From Methanomassiliicoccales archaeon (GTDB taxonomy: Archaea; Thermoplasmatota; Thermoplasmata; Methanomassiliicoccales; JACIVX01), in NCBI GenBank assembly GCA_024464195.1, contig JANHAK010000001.1, positions 1 to 33,793 of the forward strand: a stretch of DNA of 33,793 nt. Reading direction: 5' to 3'. Positions 9,479 through 20,059 of this stretch are shown piece by piece; position 1 is the first letter of the stretch; each line of letters opens with the position of its first letter. A program made the position numbers and the translations under genes. The notes beneath the pieces were generated by a model. It was not told the origin of the DNA, did no database searches, and saw only the letters and a list, made by a program, of their open reading frames with translations.

Positions 9479-9742
9479 AAGGTATGTTAAAACAAGATGT
9501 ATTGTAAAAATTCAAAATTCGGCAAATGAAAAGGTACTTTGACTGTCGATCTGTGATAGGGTGTTAGGTTGCATGCATTTTTCATGTGTATCATATATTT
9601 CTGAACAAAAAGGAAAAATGCAATGTAAGTTCTGGGTCCTGCTCTAATTCTCAAGGCTGAGGCTATGATTAGCATTTTCTTTTCCCTACTGTTTTCCCTC
9701 TTAGGCGTCAATTCCAGATAATCATTATCATAAAAGAAAAAC

Positions 9743-9758
9743 CGACAAAGTTTATATA
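9743..9758 (+). promoter_or_regulatory. BRE/TATA promoter of the giant surface protein gene
   Basis: A purine-rich CGACAAAG is immediately followed by TTTATATA (9751-9758). Confidence 0.65.
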
Positions 9759-9832
9759 AAGAGATTCCATTATTACATCTCAGTACCTTTCAAACAGGGA
9801 GGAAGGATTTGAACAGTCTTTGGGGTGTATTT

Positions 9833-12800
9833 ATGAATTCGGACAAGGAAAATAAGCGTGAGCCATCAATGGGTCACGCTTTGGGAAAGCGGACGCTGGT
9901 ATATCTCGGTGCTCTGGTATTTCTTTTTGCACTGGTTCTTATCATTAACACCAGTAATGCAAGTGCAGCGGGACCTACCTACGTTTACGAAGACATTTCC
10001 ACGGACACAACATGGACGGAGGATGGCAGCCCCTACATTTTGAACGAATCAGTTTCTGTCCTCTCGGGAGCTACTTTGACTATTGAACCGAATGTGACGG
10101 TTATGGTAGATCCTGGGAATGTTTTGGAGATCAAGGGGGAACTGGTAGCGATTGGGACTTCCGCCGAACCGATTCTTTTCACGGCAAATGGCACATGGTT
10201 TTGGTCTGGGATCTATGTTGATGACTCGGGAATTGCAGTATTTAGCAATGTGATCATCGAACTAGCAGACTACGGTCTCTATATTGAAGATTCAAGCGTT
10301 GCGATGACCGATACCGTCATTCAGTATATTTACATTGCAGGGATCTGGTGGACGTCGAGTGGAGACATCGATGCTGAGTTGTCAGGCGTTGAAGTCAACC
10401 ATACTTTATGGCAAATGGGAATAATGCTGATAGCGAACAACGGAAATGCATCGGTCTCTCTAACAGATTGCATAGTTAACGACACAAATGGGCCTGGAAT
10501 TGTTGTTCAAGCGACAGGCTGGATAAATGCGGAAATTACCGGTACAGCAGTGACAGGATCTGCAGCGAATTCAGGTATCATTTTGTATTCTACTGGTGGA
10601 GATGTCACAGCGACCTTGGACTCGGTTATTGTGAATGCATGTGAATTGAATGGTATACTCATCTATTCGGCGGTTGGAGCTGTTGACGTTCAGGTGAGCG
10701 GATCTTTCATTTCTGGAAACGGGCAAGCCGGTCTCCAGGCGGAGGGATCAACTAGCGCTATTCTTATACTTGAGAATTCTGAGTTCTCTGAGAATGTCGT
10801 TGGTGTTGCGGTTTATTCCGTCGATGGCGATGCTGTCGTTGGGTTGTCAGGCGTATCAATCCTCGAAAGCTTGGATTACGGATTGATTGTAAACTCAGCT
10901 GCTGGTAATGTCGAATTGAGTCTCACTTCAACTATCATTAACAACACAGAATGGGCGATGGGTGTATTTGCTAAATCTAACGATGCCGACGTGAGTGCAG
11001 TGATTCAAGAAACCTCGGTTATTGGTGGAGCTGCAGGTATTGATCTAGAGGCCGGTGGTGATGTATCTGTTGCAATCACTGATTCTAGCTTTATGGCTAA
11101 CGGATTTATGTCAATGGTTGTCGTCGCCGGTGGACTAGCAACTGTTAACGTCGAGAACAGCTACATGAATGGTGAAGAAGCAAACCAACTTTCATGGTAT
11201 TATCCGAAGGAAATCGATTACGAGTACGAAATCATCAATCCTGATGGATACACGAGCTTGTCGGTTCTGAATGTTCCACTACCATTTGAATTCCCGTTCG
11301 GTACTGGAACATATACAAACATTGCAATCAGTCCATATGGGTTCATTTATGTGGGCTCTCCTGGTTGGATTCCCTTCCCGATCGATTTGGAGTCGGTAGC
11401 AGCCAATTTGATCGTACCATGTCAGGATTACTTTACCGCTGTATACTGGCCTTATGTGAGCTACAAGATAGTAAATGACGAGAAAATCATTGTTCAGTGG
11501 TATGTAAACAGATACGCCGATCCTTGGGCTGTTACAAACGTCTTTGAGGCAATCCTCTATTCAAACGGTGACATACAGTTTAACTATGCGAACATGGATG
11601 CGTTGAACTCGAACGATAGGTCATATGATTATGGTGTTAGAACAACAGGTTCCTGGGATGTGGCAATTGTCCTTAATGACATTTGGCTTCCAAATGTCTA
11701 CAATGCGGATTACAGGAGTATTTATCTCACGAGAGAATCATTCGGAATGTATGGCGCATATGTAGTATCAAACAGTGGTGTCGAGGCTTCGATACTCGAC
11801 AGCACGATCAGTCACTATGCAGGCGCTGGTATCCTCTTCATATGTGAAAACGGAGATGTTAAGGTAGACGTGAATAATCTAACGGCGGAGTACATTCTAG
11901 GCATGGATACATATGGCGTTGCCATAGGCGCTCTCACATTCAACGGCACAATGCATGCAACCGTCACCAATTCAGAATTCTCTCACATAGCTAATCTTGC
12001 AGTCGGCTTCTTATCGTCACCCTATTGGGGTGGGGAAGATATCGTCGAGATTACATCGAACATTTTCAACGAGGTTGGATGGGCTATTGCCGTTGTAACG
12101 CAAGTGGAAGATGATGATGGCTTCAACGAAATGGTCGAGTTCAGTGCTACGAGAACAATCTCCGAGAATGTCGGATCTAACAGCGGTGGCATAATGATTG
12201 GGGCGATGATAGGTATAGGCGACTCTGTGTGGAATGTCTCTATCGCGGATAGGGTCATTAATAACAGCTTCTCCGGCGAACCGACGTTCTGGGGAATGGG
12301 AGGAGAATCGTTCATCGAAGTAAGGCATGATCTCTACAGCGAAGACATGAATATGTCTGCCAACTTTGTCACTGAGATTGTCGGAAACTCGATTGATTCT
12401 GTGGCAACATACAGGGGTATATGGAGTGGTGTATTGGTTGATGATGAGGTTGCCTCATACGGCGCAACAACGGCCATTACTTCAAGCATCGTTATCACGA
12501 ATAATGTGATCTATGGGCAGAGTGACTTTGACGGCATAGACGTTTATTACGGCGCAGATTCGGATACCGGTCTCTATTCAGTCATCGATATTGCGATAAA
12601 TGATAATGAAATCAAGGCTGAGGAATATGCCTGGGATGGTATCTATATTGATATTGAAAGCTACCTAGAATACGGCCGCGGTGACGGATCGCTCGATGCG
12701 AATATAGTAACTGAGAGAAACCTGATCGAGAATGCATCTTACGGTATTTATATCGAGGCAGAAGCGGGAACATATAATCATTTCGGCAACCAGGCAGCGA

Positions 12801-15800
12801 CTTTAATGGTGTCGGTATCGGACAATGAGATTATTGCGTTCTACGAGATCATTGATGTCGAGATCTACGGTTACGCTATATATGACTACTATTACCCGTT
12901 GTACGAAACTGAAGTCTCATCAATGCAATCAGTCACCTTTGATGTCAGCATCACGGGGAACAAGGGAACATATTATCCAAGTGAATGGGCAGGTGGTCTC
13001 TACGGTATGGGAGTTTACACCTATGCTTATGCATACGATTGGATGAGTCTGTTCTCCCACCCGTCGTGCTATATGGATGGAACCATCTTGATCGCTGACA
13101 ACACGATAGAAGTCGCTGGTTATGCATCGTACGATTCGGCAATTTGGAACTGGAACTATGCCACCGCGTCGTACAGTGATAGTATTGTTGTCTCATCAAT
13201 TTCAACTACGGTCACAAACAATCTGATAAACGTGACAACGGATTCCGACTCCGCTGACATATACGGAATAGAGATTTATGATGATGTGGAAGCAAACAGC
13301 TACTACTATCAATTCGCTTCATCACCTATTGCAACATTGATTTCCAACCTTGTGATCAGCGGAAATGAAATCAGAGGTCCGATATACAATGGGATTTTCG
13401 TAGAATCTTACGTTCAATCAGAATACGGTAAATCGTCTGTCAATTATCAGACATCGCAAGAAATATCAAACAATGTGATCTCAGGATATCTCGGTTACGG
13501 TGTTATTGTCGACTGGTACTTTGAGGCAGATCAATACTCGCAGGATGCATTCAGCACAAACGCAATCGTGAATGCGACGGTTGCAACGATTATTAAAGAC
13601 AACTTGATTTCGTCGGAGCTCTCTGATTGGTATGAAGCCACAGGCATTTCGCTGTACGCAAATGCGTGGTCCAATTGGGGCATTGAGGGTTACATTAACT
13701 CGAACATTACTGTGGAGATCAATTCAAACGAGATCTCATTTAGCCCACAAGTGGAATGGAGCTGGACCGAAGGAATTTACGCCTATTCATATCCATGGGG
13801 TCTCATTAACGTTGTTGCCGATGGAAATGTCATAGAGAACGCTGGTGTTGGTATAGATCTTGAAAGGTGCATTGTAAAGGTGACAAACAATGTAATATCG
13901 AATCCAGTATACGAAGGTGTATATCTGTACGAATCAACTGGCGTTGTATCGGGAAATGAAATCTTTGGCGGCATATACGCGCAGGGGATTTACCTCGAGG
14001 ATTGCTTCCAGATGAATATTTCAGACAACAAAGTTGATGGCTGCGGTGACGGAATTTACGTATACTATTCGGGCGATCTTATCATATCAGACAATATACT
14101 GATGAATAATGGGCTCGAAGGCTACGATACATTTGGACTGTACATTTACGAGGCATCTAATGTGACCATTACAGGCAACACAATAACAAACAACGCGGTC
14201 GGGGTTGTGATCTACTACTCTAATGACATCGTATTCTTAGATAACGTCGTCAGCGACAATCTCTATGAGGGCGCATACTTCGAAGACTGCGAATCGCTTG
14301 TCATTGAAAGCAACGTCATGTCGGAGAACGGTGGGAGCGGTCTTGAGCTTGAGGATTGTTATTCGGTCGTTATCGGTAACAATACAATCCGCGAGAACCT
14401 GCTATATGGTCTCTACATTGATGAATCAGGGCCAGTGACCATTTACAATGGTATCTACTTGGATAACACTTATGATGGAATCTATGCCTACGGCGTGGTC
14501 GAATGGATTGTTGATGATGTCTCTGAAGTCAGAAACAACGCAATCACTCTGTACGGTGATCTGACTGTCGTCAATGGCGGCATGCTTACCCTCGACAATG
14601 TGTGGTACTTCATACTTGGCGAAGATTGGATGGATAATGTACCGCAGATCATCGTTGAGGAAGGGGGAACGCTTATCGTCGTTGCCTCAGGTATCAGTTC
14701 CTACAGCTGGTGGCCTGGGCCAGAAATACTCCAGGGCGGTTATTACTGGAGCTTCGAGGTCTATGGGACACTCGATATGGAATCAAGCGAGGTAAGCGGT
14801 GCCATTGAGATTTACCTAGGACCAACATCAAATGCAGACATCAGAACAAGCGTAATCTATGAAAACTGGAGAAATGGTATCCACATAGACAACTGCTCGC
14901 CAAGAATCTCGGCGACGACGATCATTTACAATGGCATGGACGGTATCTTCATCGAAGGAGCAGATGCGGCTCCGACAATCATGGATTGTCTGATCGCAAT
15001 GAACAACCGCGGAATCTACGCAATCGATTCGAGCCTTGCCAATGTCGTTGACAATGTGATCGTCGCCAACTGGGGCATCGGTATCTATGTGGTTAGAGCG
15101 ACTGGTTCAATACATGACAATATCTTGTTGTTCAACCCAGTTGAAATCTACATCAAGGACAGCACGGTAACGGTCGAGGACAATCAGATCGGTTACTCAG
15201 TGATCATCGACATTATGTCCAAGTACGCACCGGCTCTCATCGGTGGAGGTTATGTCCCACTCTTTGGCGAATGGATGCTCACCCCCGAGATCATTGCGGA
15301 AGCCCAGATGAACCATATCGGTCTATATGCAGTCAATTCGACTGTTTCGTTGAGCGATAACGTTTACGGCATGCTCAAATACGCGATCTATGTAACTCAA
15401 TCAACACTGACAGTCAGTGATACGATTAAGATGACAACGCTTGTTCTACCTTACTACGATGAATATGGAACTCTGTGGAATGTGTCGCTACCGATCATTG
15501 TATACGATGGTATCTATGCAGCGAAGTCCAATGTCACGGTTAATGGCGGCATGATCAGCGTCCTTGACGATGCGATCTTCCTTGAGTCTTCGAATGCAGA
15601 TCTGAGAAATGTCGTACTTGACGCGGGCGACTTCGATATCTATCTCACTGACGGATCGACTGCATGTGCGATCGAAGTCACATTCGAGAAAGCAAAGGTC
15701 CTGGACACATCAGTTCTGACGGTGTACTATAAGCTAACAGTAAGGGCTCTTGATCAAGATGGTTTGCCAGTAAGCGGAGTCTGGGTTGTTGTCTACGATG

Positions 15801-16099
15801 AGGAAGGCAATGTTGTCGGAGAAGGTGCGACAGATGACGGAGGCAACTTCAGTCTCTGTGCAGTTGGTTACGTACAGACAAGCGCTGGCGTGGGAGCTGC
15901 AAGGACATACACGGTTAACGCATCATTCGATCAGGGATATGTAGAGAAGAATGTCGTGTTGGACAAGAATACCGAGGTCATCATTGAGACGCCTGTGGAG
16001 AAGGCTGTAACATACAGCCCTGGATTTGCGTTCATATTCCTGATGATTTCGATATTCTTGGTAGCTGTGGCGCTTCTCGTGGAAGCTGGAAAGAAATAA
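9833..16099 (+). CDS. Giant acidic cell-surface protein with right-handed parallel beta-helix (PbH1/NosD-like) repeats and C-terminal PGF-CTERM-like anchor
   Basis: Signal peptide (KRTLVYLGALVFLFALVLII...ASA); N-terminal TTWTEDGSPY..V..GATLTIEP motif; many GIY......I..N.I repeats; final Ig-like domain; SPGF+TM+GKK. Start uncertain (TTG 9809, ATG 9833 or ATG 9869). Confidence 0.85.
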   Translation: MNSDKENKREPSMGHALGKRTLVYLGALVFLFALVLIINTSNASAAGPTYVYEDISTDTTWTEDGSPYILNESVSVLSGATLTIEPNVTVMVDPGNVLEIKGELVAIGTSAEPILFTANGTWFWSGIYVDDSGIAVFSNVIIELADYGLYIEDSSVAMTDTVIQYIYIAGIWWTSSGDIDAELSGVEVNHTLWQMGIMLIANNGNASVSLTDCIVNDTNGPGIVVQATGWINAEITGTAVTGSAANSGIILYSTGGDVTATLDSVIVNACELNGILIYSAVGAVDVQVSGSFISGNGQAGLQAEGSTSAILILENSEFSENVVGVAVYSVDGDAVVGLSGVSILESLDYGLIVNSAAGNVELSLTSTIINNTEWAMGVFAKSNDADVSAVIQETSVIGGAAGIDLEAGGDVSVAITDSSFMANGFMSMVVVAGGLATVNVENSYMNGEEANQLSWYYPKEIDYEYEIINPDGYTSLSVLNVPLPFEFPFGTGTYTNIAISPYGFIYVGSPGWIPFPIDLESVAANLIVPCQDYFTAVYWPYVSYKIVNDEKIIVQWYVNRYADPWAVTNVFEAILYSNGDIQFNYANMDALNSNDRSYDYGVRTTGSWDVAIVLNDIWLPNVYNADYRSIYLTRESFGMYGAYVVSNSGVEASILDSTISHYAGAGILFICENGDVKVDVNNLTAEYILGMDTYGVAIGALTFNGTMHATVTNSEFSHIANLAVGFLSSPYWGGEDIVEITSNIFNEVGWAIAVVTQVEDDDGFNEMVEFSATRTISENVGSNSGGIMIGAMIGIGDSVWNVSIADRVINNSFSGEPTFWGMGGESFIEVRHDLYSEDMNMSANFVTEIVGNSIDSVATYRGIWSGVLVDDEVASYGATTAITSSIVITNNVIYGQSDFDGIDVYYGADSDTGLYSVIDIAINDNEIKAEEYAWDGIYIDIESYLEYGRGDGSLDANIVTERNLIENASYGIYIEAEAGTYNHFGNQAATLMVSVSDNEIIAFYEIIDVEIYGYAIYDYYYPLYETEVSSMQSVTFDVSITGNKGTYYPSEWAGGLYGMGVYTYAYAYDWMSLFSHPSCYMDGTILIADNTIEVAGYASYDSAIWNWNYATASYSDSIVVSSISTTVTNNLINVTTDSDSADIYGIEIYDDVEANSYYYQFASSPIATLISNLVISGNEIRGPIYNGIFVESYVQSEYGKSSVNYQTSQEISNNVISGYLGYGVIVDWYFEADQYSQDAFSTNAIVNATVATIIKDNLISSELSDWYEATGISLYANAWSNWGIEGYINSNITVEINSNEISFSPQVEWSWTEGIYAYSYPWGLINVVADGNVIENAGVGIDLERCIVKVTNNVISNPVYEGVYLYESTGVVSGNEIFGGIYAQGIYLEDCFQMNISDNKVDGCGDGIYVYYSGDLIISDNILMNNGLEGYDTFGLYIYEASNVTITGNTITNNAVGVVIYYSNDIVFLDNVVSDNLYEGAYFEDCESLVIESNVMSENGGSGLELEDCYSVVIGNNTIRENLLYGLYIDESGPVTIYNGIYLDNTYDGIYAYGVVEWIVDDVSEVRNNAITLYGDLTVVNGGMLTLDNVWYFILGEDWMDNVPQIIVEEGGTLIVVASGISSYSWWPGPEILQGGYYWSFEVYGTLDMESSEVSGAIEIYLGPTSNADIRTSVIYENWRNGIHIDNCSPRISATTIIYNGMDGIFIEGADAAPTIMDCLIAMNNRGIYAIDSSLANVVDNVIVANWGIGIYVVRATGSIHDNILLFNPVEIYIKDSTVTVEDNQIGYSVIIDIMSKYAPALIGGGYVPLFGEWMLTPEIIAEAQMNHIGLYAVNSTVSLSDNVYGMLKYAIYVTQSTLTVSDTIKMTTLVLPYYDEYGTLWNVSLPIIVYDGIYAAKSNVTVNGGMISVLDDAIFLESSNADLRNVVLDAGDFDIYLTDGSTACAIEVTFEKAKVLDTSVLTVYYKLTVRALDQDGLPVSGVWVVVYDEEGNVVGEGATDDGGNFSLCAVGYVQTSAGVGAARTYTVNASFDQGYVEKNVVLDKNTEVIIETPVEKAVTYSPGFAFIFLMISIFLVAVALLVEAGKK

Positions 16100-16104
16100 A
16101 CTCA

Positions 16105-16134
16105 TTCTTTTTTCCTTTTTCCTTTTATTTTTTT
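16105..16134 (+). terminator. Oligo-T archaeal terminator
   Basis: Several T4-T7 tracts directly follow the stop of the giant gene. Confidence 0.7.
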
Positions 16135-16193
16135 ACAACAATTTCCTACCAAAATAGTTAAGGCTGGATTCTATTCTCTTCTCGGGATAAACG

Positions 16194-17492
16194 ATGAGTT
16201 ACTCTGCAAAAGTTCTTTCACTTTTAGAAAATTGCGGAGCAACCGAAGGCGATCGGATTATTGTGGAGACGGGTCAGAAGAAGATGGAAGGCATTCTGAT
16301 GCCGCATCATTCTTTCAGCAATCCAGATGTCATTATTTTGAAACTCGGGAACGGCTATAACGTTGGAATCAGAGTTTCTGATAGCACAAGAGTTCGCTTG
16401 ATCGAGAAGGCAATCAGTAAATCGATGAAACGATCTGAGTATGCACCACAAATTGAAAGGAAGACAATTTCCGTCATCGGAACGGGTGGGACAATTGCCA
16501 GTTATGTCGATTATCGCACAGGTGCCGTTCATCCCGCATTGATGGCAGATGAACTCGTCAGCGCTGTACCTGAGATCTCAGAGATTTGCAACGTGAGGGC
16601 TGAAGTTCTCTTCTCGATCTTCAGCGAGAATATGACAGTTCAACGATGGCAAGCGCTTGCGGAGGCAGTTGCGGATAAGCTCGGTGAGGGCGTTGAGGGG
16701 TGCATAATCCCCCACGGTACTGACACAATGGGATATACTGCGGCAGCGCTTTCTTTCATGTTTGAAAGCCTTCCGCGACCGGTGATCCTTGTCGGTGCAC
16801 AACGATCTTCCGATCGTCCTTCATCCGATGCGTACACGAATTTAATTGCAGCCGCGAGATTTGCGGTCGAATCGGATGTTGCCGAGATATGCGTGCTCAT
16901 GCACGAATCGCCATCAGATACTTCTGCCTTGATTCATCGCGGTACAAAGGTAAGGAAGATGCACACGAGTCGACGGGACGCTTTCAAGAGTATCAATGCG
17001 TGGCCGATTGCGCGAATTCATTTCGAAGGTGGTATTGAATATCTATCAGATTACCGAAAAAAGAATGGCAATCGAGTTATTCTGAAAAAAGAAATGGAGG
17101 AGAATGTTGCACTTCTGTACTTCTTCCCTGGCATGAGTGTTTCTAAATTCGAGAACATACTGCGTGAACACCGGGGCATTGTAATCGCGGGATCAGGTCT
17201 CGGACATGTCTCGTCTGATATGGTTCATTCGATCGCAAGAGCAATTCGATCAGGAACAACAGTCGTCATGACATCTCAGTGTCTTTATGGAAGAACTAAT
17301 CTCAACGTATATGATACTGGAAGGGACCTCCTTGCCGCAGGCGTCATTCCAGGTGAAGATATGCTGCCTGAGACGGCGTACGTGAAATTAATGTGGGTGC
17401 TCGCTCACGCCGCGTCAGAAAAAGATATCGAATCAATGATGCGCGAGAATCTCCGCGGTGAGATCTCGCAAAGGAGGGAGCTCGATGAATAG
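16194..17492 (+). CDS. gatD: Glutamyl-tRNA(Gln) amidotransferase subunit D
   Basis: N-terminal KL.NGYNVG domain; TGGTIASYVDYRTGAV, HGTDTM, GAQRSSDRPSSD, RKMHTSRRDAF. Confidence 0.97.
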   Translation: MSYSAKVLSLLENCGATEGDRIIVETGQKKMEGILMPHHSFSNPDVIILKLGNGYNVGIRVSDSTRVRLIEKAISKSMKRSEYAPQIERKTISVIGTGGTIASYVDYRTGAVHPALMADELVSAVPEISEICNVRAEVLFSIFSENMTVQRWQALAEAVADKLGEGVEGCIIPHGTDTMGYTAAALSFMFESLPRPVILVGAQRSSDRPSSDAYTNLIAAARFAVESDVAEICVLMHESPSDTSALIHRGTKVRKMHTSRRDAFKSINAWPIARIHFEGGIEYLSDYRKKNGNRVILKKEMEENVALLYFFPGMSVSKFENILREHRGIVIAGSGLGHVSSDMVHSIARAIRSGTTVVMTSQCLYGRTNLNVYDTGRDLLAAGVIPGEDMLPETAYVKLMWVLAHAASEKDIESMMRENLRGEISQRRELDE

Positions 17493-19347
17493 TGAAGCAA
17501 TCATCGGCCTCGAAATCCACCAACAGCTCGATACGAAGAAACTTTTCTGTTCCTGCGATTCGACGCTTGTTGATCTCGAAGGTCTCACTTTCACGCGGAG
17601 GTTAAGGCCTACTCAGAGCGAACTCGGCGACGTTGATCGTGCAGCGCTTGCTGAGGCAGAGAAACGCATGAAATTCAATTACCAAGCGCCTCGCGGCGTC
17701 TCGTGCCTTGTGGAAGCTGATGAGGAACCGCCTCACGACGCGAATCGAGATGCGATTGAGATTGGTTTGACAATCGCCTCTCTCTTGAACGCGGCACCGG
17801 TCGACGAGATACATTTTATGAGAAAAATCGTTATCGATGGCTCGAATACGACGGGCTTTCAGAGAACTGCCCTTATCGCTCTTGACGGCTCAATTGAGAT
17901 CAATAATAAAAGGATTTCAATTCCGACGATTTGCCTTGAGGAGGATGCTGCAAGAAAGATCGAAATAAAAACTGGCGAAGTTACTTACAGATTGGACCGT
18001 CTTGGCATACCCCTTATTGAAATCGCGACAGGCCCAGAGCTTCACACGCCAGAGGAGGTCAAGATTGCGGCGCAGAAGATCGGGTCGGTTTTGAGGGCAA
18101 CGAAGCGTGTAAAACGCGGAATAGGCACAATACGGGAGGATCTTAATATTTCAATTCCAGGTGGAGCAAGAGTTGAGATCAAGGGGGTTCAGGAGCTCAG
18201 GATGTTACCGATCTACGTTTCAAAGGAAATCGAAAGGCAGAAAATGTTACTTGAAATCAGTGAGATACTTCGATCGCGATCAGTTCCAGAAGTTACTCCT
18301 CATTTTTTCGACTGTACCGAGATTTTTAGGAATACAAGATCGAAGATTGTGCGATCATCGATTTCGTCAGGCGGCAAAGTTCTTGTTCTCCCACTGAAGG
18401 GATTTGCTGGCGTGCTTAAGAGCGCGGATAATCGTTTTCGCCTTGGTGCTGAGCTTGCACAATATGCGAGGTCGAAAGGAGCTGGAGGAATCTTTCATAC
18501 AGATGAATTGCCCGGTTACGGAATCGATGAAGTCATGGTCGCCACTGTAAGGAAAACACTTGGACTCGAGGAAAATGACGCGTTCGTTATGTGTGCTGAC
18601 CTGCCAACAAAGGTCGAAAGAATTCTCGAAGCAGTTGCATTGCGTGCTAATTATGCTTTGATTGGTGTGCCTGAGGAAACTCGTGACCCGTTGCCTGACG
18701 GAACGACCGCTTATAGCAGACCATTGCCAGGCGCAGCCAGGATGTATCCTGAAACCGACGTCAAACCGATTACCGTCGATGTTGAGTTGATCACGCGCAT
18801 TAGAGAGAGATTGCCAGAGTTGCCCGAATCCAAGGTTAAGCGCTTCGTGTCGCAATATGGCATTCATGAGCAGCAAGCCGAGCAGATTATCAGGGAAGGC
18901 TTCGAAGAGATTTTCGAGGAAATCGCCTCGAAATGGGGCCTTGGGAGCATCGCTGCGAAAACACTGTTAAACACCTTCCCTGAGCTCGAGAGGGAAGGTG
19001 TTGGTGTTTACTCAATTGATGATGCTCGAATCAAAGAGCTTTTCCAGGCGCTCTACGATAACAGATTTGCAAAAGAGGCGCTTCCGGATATCCTCCGATT
19101 GATCGCAAAAGGGATCCCTCTGGAAAAGACGATCGAGGATCTCGGTTTGAAAACGATTTCGATGGACGAGGCAGTGGCGATTATTGAACGAATCGTTGAA
19201 CAAAGAAGAGAATTCATCGAAGAGAGGAAAATGAACGCGATGGGGCCTCTCATGGGTGAGGTTATGTCGCAGTTGAGAGGCAAAATCGATGGCAAGATCG
19301 CAAGCGAATTGCTAAGAAAAGCAATTGCGAGGATCATTGGAGACTAA
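17485..19347 (+). CDS. gatE: Glutamyl-tRNA(Gln) amidotransferase subunit E
   Basis: GLEIHQQL..KLFC, MRKIVIDGSNTTGFQRT, RPLPGAARMYPETD. ATG at 17485 follows a GGAGG SD and overlaps the gatD end. Confidence 0.97.
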   Translation: MNSEAIIGLEIHQQLDTKKLFCSCDSTLVDLEGLTFTRRLRPTQSELGDVDRAALAEAEKRMKFNYQAPRGVSCLVEADEEPPHDANRDAIEIGLTIASLLNAAPVDEIHFMRKIVIDGSNTTGFQRTALIALDGSIEINNKRISIPTICLEEDAARKIEIKTGEVTYRLDRLGIPLIEIATGPELHTPEEVKIAAQKIGSVLRATKRVKRGIGTIREDLNISIPGGARVEIKGVQELRMLPIYVSKEIERQKMLLEISEILRSRSVPEVTPHFFDCTEIFRNTRSKIVRSSISSGGKVLVLPLKGFAGVLKSADNRFRLGAELAQYARSKGAGGIFHTDELPGYGIDEVMVATVRKTLGLEENDAFVMCADLPTKVERILEAVALRANYALIGVPEETRDPLPDGTTAYSRPLPGAARMYPETDVKPITVDVELITRIRERLPELPESKVKRFVSQYGIHEQQAEQIIREGFEEIFEEIASKWGLGSIAAKTLLNTFPELEREGVGVYSIDDARIKELFQALYDNRFAKEALPDILRLIAKGIPLEKTIEDLGLKTISMDEAVAIIERIVEQRREFIEERKMNAMGPLMGEVMSQLRGKIDGKIASELLRKAIARIIGD

Positions 19348-19913
19348 GGAACTCGGAGGCGAAGAACAGTCAATTCCTCAAAGAACATTTTTCTCTTCGC
19401 GATAAAATCAACTTTGAAAGGGACAAGTAGTTCCTTCAATGTATCTTGATTCATGAGCGAAGAAACAACAATGAATATCCTTCCCGTTTTCTTTAGAAAT
19501 AGAAGGACGGAACGGAGAAAACGTTGCAAGACTTCAACACCATCGGCCCCTCCAGCCCAAGAGATTGACTCATATGTGTCTTTATCAACGGGTAGATAGG
19601 GCGGGTTGAAAATGATTATGTCAAATTGTCCAGTAATCGCAGAAAATAGATCGGAACGAAGGACGTTTACAGGCACAGAGTTTCTTTCGGCATTGCCCCT
19701 CGTACATTGTACGGCTTCCTCCTTAATATCGACGGCGGTGACGATAGCGCCGGCCATCGCGCAGTGAATCGAAATGATACCGGTTCCGCATCCGATTTCG
19801 AGGACCTCCTCGTCTTTTTCGACATCAATTGATTCAAGTAAAAGGTAAGTATCTTCTCTCGGCGGATATACGCCGGGACATTCCTTAATATGGATCTGCC
19901 TTTCAATCTTCAT
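19344..19913 (-). CDS. HemK2/Mtq2-like class I SAM-dependent (release-factor glutamine) methyltransferase
   Basis: VY.PREDT.LL, LEIGCGTG, FNPPY, WAGG.DG, FFEEL. Start placed at ATG 19913. Confidence 0.88.
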   Translation of the reverse strand: MKIERQIHIKECPGVYPPREDTYLLLESIDVEKDEEVLEIGCGTGIISIHCAMAGAIVTAVDIKEEAVQCTRGNAERNSVPVNVLRSDLFSAITGQFDIIIFNPPYLPVDKDTYESISWAGGADGVEVLQRFLRSVLLFLKKTGRIFIVVSSLMNQDTLKELLVPFKVDFIAKRKMFFEELTVLRLRVP

Positions 19914-20059
19914 ATCTCTTCCATCTTTATAATTTGATACAGATGCAGCATAAAAGAATATCTTCATCGTTAATTTTGCTGAAAATCCCATAGTTTACTT
20001 TCATTGACTTGCGAAACGCAAATAATGCTAGAGTTTGCTACACTCCGCCAGGTGTTCGG

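Noticed and set aside
9487..9711. 74-aa minus-strand ORF in the long intergenic region
   Set aside because: Non-ATG start, no SD, AT-rich sequence, no motif.
19344..19991. NPPY methyltransferase as a DNA restriction-modification enzyme
   Set aside because: Its size and VY.P.EDT / WAGG.DG / FFE.L motifs match HemK/Mtq2 protein methyltransferases; there is no adjacent nuclease.
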